DNA from: an uncultured delta proteobacterium
GTDB taxonomy: Bacteria > Desulfobacterota > Binatia > UBA9968
NCBI GenBank assembly: GCA_963755715.1
Contig: CAVWLW010000059.1
Location: 1 to 64,000 of the forward strand
Length of the DNA stretch: 64,000 nucleotides
Direction of reading: 5' to 3'
Shown: positions 1-10,882 of the stretch, piece after piece
How positions within the stretch are numbered: the first letter of the stretch is position 1
Layout: each line of letters starts with the position of its first letter
Notes under the pieces: generated by a model
What the model was told of the DNA's origin: nothing
Seen by the model: the letters and a program-made list of their open reading frames with translations, nothing else
Database searches by the model: none
Program-made: the position numbers and the translations under genes

Positions 1-2
1 CG

Positions 3-490
3 GTAGTCGAGAACAAGGAGAAAGCGTTAAATTACACCAACGCGGCCAATGCAATAGACGCAGCAATAAATCAAGCCAACATTGAAGTGACTAAACCGTC
101 GCCGAACTACGGGGCAGCCTTGGTCAATCTCAGCGCACAGGTGACTCAGGTAAAAAATGATCTGGAGCTCAGCAGAGCCGATCTGGCCGCGAGAGATAAA
201 CACATCGAGGAACTGGTCGACATTCTAATCCGAAAAAAGCTCCCCTCGCCAATCAGGTTATCTGATGACGATGTCGAGGTAGGTGTTGGCCAAATCGTCA
301 AACTGGAAGTGAAGATGGAGGCAGCGTCGATCCAAACCGAACGAATATCTCCAAAAAAGACTTGGTCGACGTCTCGTATGAGAAGACCAATCAAACCATC
401 TCGATTAAAGGCATCAAGCCCGGCAGCACGATGATTAAATTTCGGAATAAAGAAGGCATCAGTGCGAGCGTGGTTGTCACGGTAAAATAG
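3..490 (+). CDS. 3' part of a hypothetical protein (coiled coil plus C-terminal beta-rich/Ig-like segment), frameshifted near 345
   Basis: Open frame from the window edge (VVENKEKALNY...) joins ORF 87..434. Another frame continues ISKKDLVDVSYEKTNQTISIKGIKPGSTMIKFRNKEGISASVVVTVK to TAG at 488-490. Confidence 0.5.
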
Positions 491-1505
491 GTCGTGAACC
501 TGTGACAAGAGGCAGTCACCAGACATTGAGAATGTCCTTGATCCAGCCCGTACTAACCCTTCCGACAATCCAAAGCTTCAAACACTTCCACGGGCCTAGC
601 GGCCATTCCGGATCCGGCACGCTATTGAACGGAGCGAAGCGGTGTGAACGGCTTGAACGTTTGAAACGCTTAATGCCACGCCGATCGAAACCTGAATTCA
701 CTCGACTAAACATACCTTTCGGCGACCATAATACGGCCCTAAACCGGCAGACGAAGCTCAGTGATATAAGTAAAACTTATAACAGTGATATAAGTATTTT
801 GTATTGGACGGAGCCGATTACAAGAGTTATTAACATCACCCAGCGGTCATGAGACGTCATCCTTTCGCGCCAATTGGCCAGAGAAACAGCATAAAAATGG
901 TTGATTAGAATAGTCAAGATACAAGACCTGACCCTAATTGCTTGACCCTATTTTACGCTTCTTCTTTACGTCGAAGTTTGGCTTGACTTTGTTCTCGTGC
1001 GTTTACCTTTTTTGCTTCGTCTCACTTCAAGAATCCCGAAACCAAGAAACGTGAAAATTGCGATGACACCGCCGTGCAACTCTGGGCCTGGGCCACCAAA
1101 AGCTGAGATAATCCCGGCAACGGCGCCAACGACACCGGAGAAACAAACAACAGAAGCGTATCAAGAGCGACCGCTTTGAGAAAGGCGAAGCCCTGATTAC
1201 ACCACTTTCGGATAGCGATACCGTAAAAAAGTACTGTAAGGATATTGAGAAAGGCTAAGGAATCCTGGCCCCAAATTCACTATAAAGTGTACTGTAACCA
1301 AAGTAGAACAAAAGGCCAGATGAGGCACCCTGAACCTAACAGACCTCGACCGATCCGCTGTAAAGCCAACCTTCCCGGAGTTTTCTGTCACTAGAGGTTT
1401 TTGATTCATCTTTCATCCATGCGCTCCTTACTTACTTTGCCGCCTATACTCCCGGGAGCACACCATTGTGCAACGAGGGAAGCAGAGTTGCGAGGGACGC
1501 CGGCG

Positions 1506-2056
1506 TCAATATTTGAGCGGTAAAATGTCTAAACCGAACTGGTTGTCATTTATTCTAGCCTGATAGAGTGTGGTGCAAGGCTTTCTTTTTTTTAAAATGT
1601 TTAAAACTGCTTTCCGGTCTCTGGGTGAGATCTTTGCCCCGAGGATTACGCCGGATAATTCGTTGCTTGGAAACACCTGCGGTCCGTGGCGGTCTAATGA
1701 AGGATTCGCCATTCTTCCTCGTAGCTCCAAACATCGACTGGTAGTCAAGTATCTCCTAGCAGACTTCTTACAGCCGCTCCGTCGGTAGGCGTTGAAGACC
1801 GGGTACTGCTTCTGGTAGCGGACCTGCTCAATGGTACAGCCGAATAGTCTTTGTCACTCGCCGCAAACTCCAGACATATACCCCTGTGACCCTCTCCGTA
1901 GTGAGACCATGAGAAGATATCCGGAGCGCACTGAGAAGAAAATCCCGACTTTGCGGTTGATCCTCTCGACTCTGAAAGCATTTTGCTCTCGTTTTGCTTG
2001 ACTATCTCCAGGGACAGCTCCTTGGTTATTAAATCTTCGAGTTGCTGTTCGGTCAT
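1506..2056 (-). pseudogene. DUF2971-like protein, fragmented
   Basis: WSHYGEGHRGICLEF motif in ORF 1745..2056; C-terminal part (LSGVILGAKIS...LYQA) lies in another frame, 1506..1748. Confidence 0.65.
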
Positions 2057-2363
2057 TTGGGATTTAGCTTTCCGGAGCTCTTCCGAGCAACGTCACGCTC
2101 AGCTGTTGCCTCAATTGCAAGTGGCAGTCAAAGGGATCCGTTAAATTCATCGAAGACTGCAAAGTAGATTTCGTTGTCCGTTAGACACGGAGGCTGTATT
2201 TGCGATCCTTGCCCTTCTTTAGCGACTTGTATTTATATAGATGAGACGGAATCATCTTTGCCGGTCCAAAGCTAATAGCGCAGCCAGCGTCACCAAAGGG
2301 GTCAAGTCCACTTTTTGTCGTAGCTCTGGTATAGGCTTCGGCTAAAATTTCTGGAGGTTGTAG

Positions 2364-2821
2364 GTGACTAACATCTTGCGGTTTTACTTTGCTATTTTAG
2401 GTCTCCCGATTTTGCTGATCTCAGATCTGACCTTTTCGTTCGCGCAAGTTGATCCGACAAAAACCCTGATTGGCACTTGGGAGGGACAGTTAATGCCGCC
2501 TTGCCTGTCGGTAACCAGAGGACATTGATGATTAACTCCGTCACGGCGACGGGCCAGGGGAAATGGCTAGCCCGCGGACGATTTGGTTACCCTGGTCAAC
2601 TAAAAGAGGGACCAGGAGGGCAGGAGATGGGTGTGACGGCAGAAGGCAACGACATATTTGTCGAGTTCGTTGTACTAAATAGTAGGGCTCCCGTTAAGCT
2701 CAAGTTAGTAGGCGACAATAAACTTGAAGGCACTATTGGCCTCGTTAGGCCTGATGGTCACATGGCCCACCTAAGAATCAGGTTTGAGAAAGCAAGTCCC
2801 AAGACCGGGGACACTAAATAG
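2364..2821 (+). CDS. secreted hypothetical protein, frameshifted near 2490
   Basis: GTG at 2364 gives a signal-peptide-like stretch then AQVDPTKTLIGTWEGQ, which shifts into ORF 2477..2821. Confidence 0.5.
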
Positions 2822-2864
2822 AAGTTACCCAATTGTCGAGTGCCTGATATGGCGGGAAATCGCA

Positions 2865-2961
2865 TTGAGCTCGCTTGAGGATCGCTATGACCAAAGTCGG
2901 TACCGATAACGAGATTCTCCTCACCCTCGTATGAGATCACATAGGCAAAGTCGTCATCTGC
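2865..2961 (-). pseudogene. amidohydrolase C-terminal remnant
   Basis: Translates ADDDFAYVISYEGEENLVIGTDFGHSDP, matching the ADEDIPY...GSDYGHNDP motif of the intact paralogs in this window. Confidence 0.7.
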
Positions 2962-3059
2962 ATGTGATTAGGGTCAGCCTCTTAGAGAATCTTTTTAGCT
3001 CTCTGTCCGGTGGTTCTCGACCCAAGCCCGTAACCAAGCGTTTGTTTCCTCTGGCACCT

Positions 3060-3620
3060 GCCAGAAGAAGCCGTGCGACTGGCCTTTAAGAATCTTTAAT
3101 TTGATACCGGAATACGGGTGGCGAGGACTTCCGACTGTGGTACGTGGTTGCTGCCACCGACATCCGCATCCCCGACAACGACAAGCGTCGGGACCTTCAC
3201 CTCGCGAAGGCGGTGGGTCGCTTCAAAGTTATGTCGAGCGATGCAAAGCTGAAGGTAGTCCGGCAGCTTGGAGTGAGTGGGCCAAGCCGATTGATAAAAA
3301 TCACGGACGCGATCCGGATGGCGCTGGCGAAAGTCGGTCGTAAAGTAGGTCTCGGTATTCAGAGATATCGTGCCGGATAAATTCTTCAAATCCCATTTCA
3401 ATCAGATCCAGGACAAGGAAAAACTGTAGGCCAGGAATACAATCTGCCCCAGTCCTTGCGGCAGGGCCGAGCCGCTCGCGGCAAGGATGAGGCTTTTAAC
3501 TTTCCGTGGAAAATTCAATGCCATCGCAAGCGCAATGCGTCCTCCCATAGAATGGCCCAATACGTGAGCAGACTCTATTCCCAAGTGGTCGAGTAGCGCG
3601 GCGACGTCGCAAGCCATCTG
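3060..3620 (-). pseudogene. alpha/beta hydrolase fragment
   Basis: GHSMGG nucleophile elbow in 3402..3617; VKVPTLVVVGDAD in 3096..3401; frameshifted and 5'-truncated. Confidence 0.75.
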
Positions 3621-3661
3621 GTCAATCGCGCAGACTCCCTGAACGCGGCTGGAGCGGCCAC

Positions 3662-4166
3662 AACCTCTCGCGAAGGCGGTCGGCCATCCCCGGCTGTGGG
3701 CCTGGAGCAGTTACCGGGCAACAGGCGGACTGGCTACTATCCCCCGGTGTCTCACAGTGGATGAGATCCTCGCCTATTTTGGCCAGAGGCGCGGCCCGGC
3801 ACAGCAGAAATACCGGAGCTACGTAGCGGAAGGAGTCAGCGGCGCCACCATCTGGGAAAATCTGGAGGCACAGAGCCTTTTGGGATTGGAAGGATTCGCC
3901 GAGGCGCTGCGCGGGCATGTAACAGGCAAGCAGAAGGCCCGAGAGATACCCAAAGGCCAAAGACTTATCGGTCGTCCGAGTCTGGAAAAACTATTTAAGG
4001 AGCGTGGGAAGAAGAAAACAGCCACGGGATCGAACAAATCCGAGATGCGGTCGACCAACACGGCTACAGTCAGATCGAAGTCGCCCGCCATTTAAAGCTC
4101 CACTATTCGACGGTCAGCCGACTGATCAAGAGTATCGACAAAGACCGCGGTTCAAGACCTGAGTAA
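3662..4166 (+). mobile_element. C-terminal remnant of an IS200-like/REP-associated tyrosine transposase with terminal HTH
   Basis: HPRLWAWSSYRATGG...LTVDEILAYFG...KYRSYVAEG then (frameshifted) HGYSQIEVARHLKLHYSTVSRLIK. The HUH N-terminus is absent. Confidence 0.65.
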
Positions 4167-4295
4167 ATCACGCGTGCCGACAAAAGCGATGGCGGCGCAC
4201 CACGCCGAGCCTCCGCGGTGAACAATCCGAATCTTTCATTCACCGCAGTCCACCGTGTTTGAACATCGCCTGCGCTCTTTCTATAATTTTGCCAA

Positions 4296-5066
4296 ATGCT
4301 GAAAATCGCCACCTGGAACGTTAACGGGATCCGTGCGCGCGAGGCTCAGGTTCTTGAATGGATCGAGCGCGAGCGGCCGGACGTGGTCTGCCTGCAGGAG
4401 CTCAAATCGACCGTGGCTCAGGTGCCGGCGGCGCTCTGCGAGCTGCAGGGATATCGCTGTTACTGGCACGGCGAGCGCGCTTACTCGGGCGTGGGACTGC
4501 ACATCCGGCGCGACGCATTTGCCGACGAGCCGCAGTTTCGCCATCCCACTTTCGATGTCGAAACTCGTATCGTGACCGCGCAGGTAGGCGATTTTCTCTT
4601 CGTCTCGGTCTATGTGCCGAACGGCGGCAAAGATTTTCCCGCGAAGATGGAATTTTTGCGGCAGATGGAGGCGTTCATCGGCGAAGCCCACGCCGGCGGC
4701 ATGCGCGTCGTTTTGTGCGGCGACATCAATATCGCGCGCAGCGAACGCGACGTGCACCCCAAAGAGCGCAATCCCACCGTGGTGGGCCAGCGGCCGGACG
4801 AAAGAGAAATCTTCGAGCGCATCCTGGCGCGCGGGCTCGTCGACGTCGGCCGCGCGCTCGACCCGGACAACGATAATCTTTTCACCTGGTGGGCGCCCTG
4901 GCGCAAGTTGCGCGAGCGCAACATCGGTTGGCGCATCGATTACATCCTGGCGAGCGAACCCTTGGCGGCGAAAGCCGCCCGGTGCGCCGCCTATCGCGAG
5001 GTCGGCACCAGCGATCATGCGCCGGTTATCGCGGAGTTCGATCTGAATGATGAGGCAAGCAAATAG
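4296..5066 (+). CDS. xth: exodeoxyribonuclease III
   Basis: KIATWNVNGIR, LQELK, YVPNG, GDINIA, GWRIDYIL and SDHAPV motifs. Confidence 0.95.
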   Translation: MLKIATWNVNGIRAREAQVLEWIERERPDVVCLQELKSTVAQVPAALCELQGYRCYWHGERAYSGVGLHIRRDAFADEPQFRHPTFDVETRIVTAQVGDFLFVSVYVPNGGKDFPAKMEFLRQMEAFIGEAHAGGMRVVLCGDINIARSERDVHPKERNPTVVGQRPDEREIFERILARGLVDVGRALDPDNDNLFTWWAPWRKLRERNIGWRIDYILASEPLAAKAARCAAYREVGTSDHAPVIAEFDLNDEASK

Positions 5067-5117
5067 TAAGACTCGTGTACGTGCTCGTGGGTCGTCGTGG
5101 TTCGACGTCGGTTGGTT

Positions 5118-5196
5118 CACCGCGGAGACGCTGAGTTCGCAGAGGTTTTTGCAAAGAAGTTTCCCAACTCCGCGTCCTCAGCGCCTCTGCGGTGAA
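5118..5196. repeat. palindromic intergenic repeat (CACCGCGGAG...CTCTGCGGTG); related element at about 4200-4250
   Basis: Inverted arms caccgcggagacgctgag / ctcagcgcctctgcggtg. Confidence 0.7.
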
Positions 5197-5250
5197 TCCT
5201 GCTTTTATCCAGAATAGAAGCAGCGACCAGCCAAGAGTGCATGCAACGAA

Positions 5251-5916
5251 ATGAAAAAGCCGACTAAGAAAACCCGTTCGCCCGCGCCCGACTTGAGCAT
5301 CTTCGGCAAACTCGCCGAGTACAACCGCAAGCGCCGCTTCGAGGTAACGCCCGAGCCTGCCGGCAAGCTGAAGCGATCGCGTAAAAAAGCTCTGGAATTC
5401 GTCGTCCAAAAGCACCGCGCGAGCCGCTTGCATTACGATTTCCGCCTGGAGCATGACGGCGTCATGCTTTCCTGGGCCGTTCCCAAAGGTCCGTCCCTCG
5501 ATCCGGCGAACAAACGCTTCGCCATGCAGACCGAAGACCACCCCATCGAATACAACCGGTTCGAAGGCGTGATTCCGGAGGGCGAGTACGGCGGCGGAAC
5601 CGTGATGATCTGGGATCGCGGCACCTGGGAGCCGGAAGTCGACGATGTCGACGCGGCGCTCGCCAAGGGCGATCTCAAATTCACCCTGCACGGGGCGAAG
5701 CTCAAGGGTTCATGGGTGCTGGTGCGGATGCGCGGTCGACAATGGCTCCTGATCAAGCACCGCGACAAAGCCGCGTCCAACTTGGACATCGCCGCGGCCA
5801 AACCGCGCTCGGCAGTATCCCGCCGGACGTTGGCGGGAATTGCGCGGCGCGCCAGCGCCACCCCACGCCAGCTGAAGCAGGCCGAGGAAGCCGATCAAAT
5901 CAATATCCGGAACTAA
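5251..5916 (+). CDS. stand-alone LigD 3'-phosphoesterase domain protein
   Basis: EYNRKRRFEVTPEP, FVVQKHRASRLHYDFRLE, SWAVPKGPS, EDHPIEY and YGGGTVMIWDRG motifs. Confidence 0.92.
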   Translation: MKKPTKKTRSPAPDLSIFGKLAEYNRKRRFEVTPEPAGKLKRSRKKALEFVVQKHRASRLHYDFRLEHDGVMLSWAVPKGPSLDPANKRFAMQTEDHPIEYNRFEGVIPEGEYGGGTVMIWDRGTWEPEVDDVDAALAKGDLKFTLHGAKLKGSWVLVRMRGRQWLLIKHRDKAASNLDIAAAKPRSAVSRRTLAGIARRASATPRQLKQAEEADQINIRN

Positions 5917-6407
5917 GCCACATTTTTCTAGTCAATGAAGATGCTGCTTGTCGCCTCGATTTCCCAAAAGGCATTCGTCTTCATGATAAAAGAGGCAACC
6001 GTCGCAGATACTCGCCCCGCAGGAGTGACAATTGAATTCGTCGCCGTGGCGAATCTCGTGCCTGCACTCAGCGCATTCTATGGTTCCATTGATCAGTTGA
6101 AACATCGGAAGTTTCGCTTTTCACAGCCACCGTTCGAAAACAGCCACATCCATCCCAGTGCGGCACCTGTCGCTTAGCACGGTATCATCAAGCCGAGCAA
6201 TGAAAAAACCCGAATCGAGTATTTTTCGCGCATTGAGAAACTGCAGCGCTAAACGATGAACCGTGTCGAGATTTCAAGCAATCACGGAAGGAAATAACAA
6301 AACCACACGCTTCGCCGCGGAGCACTTGAGGGTCGAAGCCATTCGCCTTGACTCTCGGCTCCGCCTGTTGGAGAATCCGGCAAAACCGAATTGAAGGAGC
6401 ACACCAA

Positions 6408-7382
6408 ATGGTCACCACCAATGATCTGAAGGGCATCATGGCGATGATGCCGGCGTTTACGACGAAAGACGGCGATCGGATCGATGCGACGAATACCGTC
6501 GATACCGACGAGCTTACGCGCGCCGTGGACAAATTGATTCGCGACGGCGGCGTCAACGTGCTCACGACCACCGGAAGCTTCGGCGAGTTTCATACCCTGC
6601 TGTGGGACGAGCAAAAAAAACTAATCGAAGCGACCGTCGCGGCAGTGAAGAAACGCGTGCCGTTGTTTGTCGGCTGCACGAATTTGAATCCGCGCGAGGC
6701 GATTCGACAGGCGAAATTCGCTCAAGAGGCAGGCGCGGATGGTTTGCTGCTCGGTGTGCCCTTCTATTATCAGGCAACCGTGGACAATGCGGTGCAGTTC
6801 TATCACGACGTAGCCGATGCGCTGCCCAAGATGGGCGTGATGATTTATCACAATCCGACGCATCATCGGGTGACGATTCCTGTCAGCGCCTTCAAGAAAA
6901 TCACCGAGAAGCCAAATATCGTCGGCATAAAGGACAGCCATCGCACGCCACTGCAATTTGTCGAGCTATGCAGCATCACCCAAGGCAAGATGAGCATTTT
7001 CGTCAATCAGACGCAGATGTTTCCTTATTATCAACTCGGCGCGGCGGGCTGCTGGTCCTATAACGTTTGGATGGGACCGTCACCGGTCGTGACTTTGCGC
7101 GATGCCTGCCTTGCGCAGGACTGGGAAACCGCTAAGAAGATCTGTCTCGATCTCGAAAGCACCAACAGAGTCGGGCCGAATATCGGCAATCTTTCCTGGC
7201 GCGAAAACGCTTTCAAACTGGCGGTGAACGAGGCCGGCTACTGTACCGCGGGTCCATTGCGCGCGCCCTGGCGCATCGTGCCGCAAGAAGTCAAAGACAA
7301 CAGCAAGAAGATCGCGGCGTATTGGAAAACGCTCTGCGAGAAGTATCCGCTGGTCAAGGAAGCGACGAGGAAAAGCGCGTAG
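6408..7382 (+). CDS. DHDPS/NAL-family aldolase, NahE (hydratase-aldolase)-like
   Basis: ATNTVDTDE...GSFGEFHTL, IYHNP and Schiff-base GIKDS motifs; AGGAG RBS before ATG 6408. Confidence 0.85.
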   Translation: MVTTNDLKGIMAMMPAFTTKDGDRIDATNTVDTDELTRAVDKLIRDGGVNVLTTTGSFGEFHTLLWDEQKKLIEATVAAVKKRVPLFVGCTNLNPREAIRQAKFAQEAGADGLLLGVPFYYQATVDNAVQFYHDVADALPKMGVMIYHNPTHHRVTIPVSAFKKITEKPNIVGIKDSHRTPLQFVELCSITQGKMSIFVNQTQMFPYYQLGAAGCWSYNVWMGPSPVVTLRDACLAQDWETAKKICLDLESTNRVGPNIGNLSWRENAFKLAVNEAGYCTAGPLRAPWRIVPQEVKDNSKKIAAYWKTLCEKYPLVKEATRKSA

Positions 7383-7494
7383 AAGAAGGAATTGGAGTAA
7401 TGGAGTTTTGGAGTGGTGGAGTAATGGGAGAGATCTAAGACCGGACGAAGTTGATCAGAAGCGTACCAGCCACTTAAGGACAAGGGACCATTCA

Positions 7495-8583
7495 ATGAAC
7501 GAACATAAAATCATCGACGGCGACGGTCATGTAGTCGAAGACATTGCGAGCATCGTTAAATACATGCCCGAAGAGTACGTCGGCAGAAGCTTTTCGGAAG
7601 CGCGCGGCAAAAATCCTTTTCCGCCCATCGACCATCTGCATACCGCCAACCGTCACTTCACGCCGAAGGGCGCCTTCGCCAACGTCGGGCGCGAAGGCTG
7701 GGAGTTGTTCCTTGAGGACGTCGGCATCGGCACGACCGTGCTTTATACCAGCGCGGGTCTCGCCTTCGGCAAGATCGTCAGCCGCGACTGGGCCATCGAG
7801 CTGGCGCGCGCTTACAATAATTGGATGCATGACACCTACCTGTCGAAGAGCCCGCGCTTCAAGGCGATGGGCCTGATCCCCCTGCAAGAACCCGCCGAAG
7901 CGGTGATCGAGCTGCGCCGCATCGTGCGCGACTTGGGCTTCTCGGGCGCAATGCTGCCATCGATGGGCGTCAACATGCCGCACCTGGGGTCGGAAAAATA
8001 TTGGCCGATCTATGGCGAAGCCGAGCGTTTGGGCTGCGCCGTCGCGATCCACGGCGGCGCGCACGAGAACCTCTTGATGGACGACATGAGCCCCTACGCC
8101 GTCGCCAATGCGCTCGGCCATCCGATGAGTCAGATGATCGCCTTCGCCGGGATTATTTTTAACGGCGTCTTCGATAAATTCCCCGGCCTGCGCATCGGCT
8201 TCATGGAAGCGGGCTGCGCCTGGCTGCTGACCTGTATGGAGCGTTTCACCGGCTCCTGGGAAAGTCACGTGCAGTACGATCCGCGCAGCCGCTTTTTGCA
8301 ATTGAAGAAAGGCGAAAAAATCATCGACTATATTGTGCGCCAGATCGACGAAGGCCGCATCTTCGTCGGCTGCGAGGGCGAGGAGCTGAGCATCGCCGAA
8401 GCCGTGCGCATCACCGGCAACAAGCCCTATGTGTTCTCCACCGACTATCCGCACGAAGTCGATGCGCAGACCTGCAAGCATGAGCTGGAAGAGCTGCGCG
8501 AGAACACGCACCTCAGCGCGGCGGACAAAGATGCGATCCTGTTCGGCAACTCGCAAAGGTTTTATCAGTTGGCCCTCTCGTGA
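7495..8583 (+). CDS. amidohydrolase_2 family protein
   Basis: IIDGDGHV, AYNNW, AIHGG, FMEAG and STDYPH motifs. Confidence 0.92.
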   Translation: MNEHKIIDGDGHVVEDIASIVKYMPEEYVGRSFSEARGKNPFPPIDHLHTANRHFTPKGAFANVGREGWELFLEDVGIGTTVLYTSAGLAFGKIVSRDWAIELARAYNNWMHDTYLSKSPRFKAMGLIPLQEPAEAVIELRRIVRDLGFSGAMLPSMGVNMPHLGSEKYWPIYGEAERLGCAVAIHGGAHENLLMDDMSPYAVANALGHPMSQMIAFAGIIFNGVFDKFPGLRIGFMEAGCAWLLTCMERFTGSWESHVQYDPRSRFLQLKKGEKIIDYIVRQIDEGRIFVGCEGEELSIAEAVRITGNKPYVFSTDYPHEVDAQTCKHELEELRENTHLSAADKDAILFGNSQRFYQLALS

Positions 8584-8590
8584 CGAGAGG

Positions 8591-8660
8591 GTCATCCTGA
8601 GCGCGAGCGAAGGACTCGACGCCATGTAAAGCGAGAATCTTCGCCTGCGGCCAGAATGAC
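8591..8660. repeat. REP-like element, GTCATYCTGAG...CAGAATGAC family (other copies at about 14774-14856, 33133-33221, 34508-34589, 54471-54544, 58074-58103, 61754-61836)
   Basis: Recurrent terminal inverted repeats TGTCAT...ATGACA with internal GCGAAGGATCT/AGATTCTTCG arms, all intergenic. Confidence 0.8.
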
Positions 8661-8678
8661 ATTCGAGAGAAAAGACCC

Positions 8679-9770
8679 ATGAATACCAAGAAGCACAAAA
8701 TCATCGACGGCGACGGCCACGTGGTAGAAGATCACTCGGCGATCACGGCGCGCATGTCGCAGCAGTTTCGCGAACGGTTCGGGTCGGCGCGCGGCCCCTA
8801 TCCGCCCAACGATCACCTGCATGCCGCCAACGCGCATTTTTTACCGCCGGGGGCTTTTGCGAAAGTTGGCCGCGAGGGTTGGATCGATTTCATGGAAGAC
8901 GTTGGCCTCGCCAGCGCGGTGCTCTACCCGACCAACGGTTTGTCCTTCGGCCGCGTCGTCAGCTTGGACTGGGCCATCGAGCTGGCCCACGCTTACAACG
9001 ACTGGATGCACGACGAATATCTCAGCAAGAGCCACCGCTTTCAGGCGCTGGGACTGATCCCGCTGCAAGAGCCGGCGGAAGCGGTGAAAGAGCTGCGCCG
9101 GATCGTCAAAGAGTTGGGATTCTGCGGCGCGATGCTGCCGAGCACTGGCGTGATCGGCGCGCAGAATCATCTCGGCGACGAAAAATACTGGCCGATCTAT
9201 GAGGAAGCCAATCGACTTGAATGCTGCATCGGCATCCACGGCGGCGTGCACGATCACATGGGCCTGGACGACATGACGCCTTACGCGCCGGTCAACGCGC
9301 TCGGCCATCCCTTCGGTCAGATGGTCAACTTCGCCGGCATTCTTTTTAACGGCGTCTTCGACAAGTATCCCAAAGTCCGCTTCGGTTTCATGGAAGCCGG
9401 CGCCGGCTGGTTCGTCAACTGCCTCGAGCGCTTCGAGCGTTCCTGGAATAGCCACGTGCAATACGATCCGCGCGGGCGTTTTTTGAAGCTCCGCGAAAAC
9501 GAATCGATCACCGATTACATCAAGCGCCACGTCGACGAAGATCGCATTTACGTCGGCGTCGAGGGCGACGAGCTCACCTTGCCTTTCGCAGTCAGCGTCG
9601 TCGGCAACAAGCCGTTTATCTTCTCCTCGGATTTTCCGCACGAAGTGAACAACGACACGTGCAAAGCCGAGCTTGAAGAATTGGACGAAAACAAGCGGCT
9701 CACCCAAGCGGACAAAGATGCAGTGCGCTATCGCAACGCCGAACGCTTCTACGGTTTAACCCCAAATTAG
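8679..9770 (+). CDS. amidohydrolase_2 family protein (tandem paralog of 7495..8583)
   Basis: Same motifs, with long identical peptide stretches (LIPLQEPAEAV, NALGHP, HVQYDPR). Confidence 0.92.
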   Translation: MNTKKHKIIDGDGHVVEDHSAITARMSQQFRERFGSARGPYPPNDHLHAANAHFLPPGAFAKVGREGWIDFMEDVGLASAVLYPTNGLSFGRVVSLDWAIELAHAYNDWMHDEYLSKSHRFQALGLIPLQEPAEAVKELRRIVKELGFCGAMLPSTGVIGAQNHLGDEKYWPIYEEANRLECCIGIHGGVHDHMGLDDMTPYAPVNALGHPFGQMVNFAGILFNGVFDKYPKVRFGFMEAGAGWFVNCLERFERSWNSHVQYDPRGRFLKLRENESITDYIKRHVDEDRIYVGVEGDELTLPFAVSVVGNKPFIFSSDFPHEVNNDTCKAELEELDENKRLTQADKDAVRYRNAERFYGLTPN

Positions 9771-9934
9771 ACACAACTCTCTTGCCCCGTGGCGCCGGTC
9801 CGTTCCTATCAAGAGCGGAAGGGCGCCGCGACTGCCCCCCCTTCATCAAGATCGGATCTCGTGATAATTTTGCGGTCACGTCGCCATCGCCGGCGTCCTC
9901 ATCGAATACTTTTTTAATGGTCACTGCATAGAAA

Positions 9935-10780
9935 ATGCCGCTTACTTACCTCTGGTTGTTTCCGCTTGGACTGGCGATCGGCGCTTTCGGTACCTTGATC
10001 GGCGCCGGCGGCGGCTTTATCCTGGTGCCGATCCTTCTCATCGTTTATCCGAATGAAAACACCGAGCTGATCACAAGCATTTCCCTAGCAGTGGTATTTT
10101 TTAACGCGCTCTCCGGCTCGGTGGCGTACGCCCGCATGAAGCGGATCGACTACAAGTCGGGCATCATCTTCGCGGTGGCGACGATTCCCGGCGCGATCTT
10201 GGGTGCGGTCTCGACCGCTTACGTGCCGCGCTATGCCTTCGACATCATCTTCGGCGTCTTGATGATCGTCGCGGGCGCTTTTCTTTGGCTGTCGGCCAAG
10301 GATGATCACAAGCAGGCGCACGCGAGCCCGGCCAGCGGCGCGAACGGTGAGAAGCCGGCGCGCTGGACCGTGCGCGAATTGGTCGATGCCGACGGCGCTC
10401 GCTATCGCTACGCCTACAATCCGGTGGTTGGCATCGTGCTCAGCATATTCGTCGGCTTTATTTCGAGCCTCTTGGGGGTCGGCGGCGGCTTCATCCATGT
10501 CCCCGCACTGAGCCGCTTGTTGAATTTCCCGGTGCATATCGCCACCGCCACGTCGCACTTCGTCTTGGCGGTGATGGCCTTGACCGGAACATTGGTGCAC
10601 ATCGCCAACGGCGCTTTCGAGCACGGCGTGCGCAGGACCGCGATACTAGCGGTGGGGGTCGTCCTCGGAGCGCAAGTGGGCGCGCGCTTGTCGAATCGGG
10701 TCGGCGGCAAATGGATCATCCGCGGCCTAGCGCTTGCGTTAATATTCGTCGGCATCCGGCTGATACTCAGCGAGCTCTAA
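9935..10780 (+). CDS. TauE/SafE family (sulfite exporter-like) membrane protein
   Basis: Two GxGGG repeats (GAGGGFILVP, GVGGGFIHVP) and multiple TM segments. Confidence 0.9.
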   Translation: MPLTYLWLFPLGLAIGAFGTLIGAGGGFILVPILLIVYPNENTELITSISLAVVFFNALSGSVAYARMKRIDYKSGIIFAVATIPGAILGAVSTAYVPRYAFDIIFGVLMIVAGAFLWLSAKDDHKQAHASPASGANGEKPARWTVRELVDADGARYRYAYNPVVGIVLSIFVGFISSLLGVGGGFIHVPALSRLLNFPVHIATATSHFVLAVMALTGTLVHIANGAFEHGVRRTAILAVGVVLGAQVGARLSNRVGGKWIIRGLALALIFVGIRLILSEL

Positions 10781-10882
10781 CAATACGCTGCAGCGCGTTC
10801 GTCGAACCGACGCTTTGACAGCTCACGCACTCATGATTTACTCTTCTGGCCGCTAACCCAATTATTTTTCTTAGGAGCTTTC

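Noticed and set aside
965-1200. Minus-strand hydrophobic reading frame with an in-frame TGA at 1161-1163 as another selenoprotein
   Set aside because: No redox motif and no SECIS-like hairpin at the expected distance; more likely a decayed membrane-protein gene.
2085-2104. Possible attC right half (GCTGAGCGTGACGTT, minus strand) before the DUF2971-like gene
   Set aside because: No matching left arm or inverse core was found.
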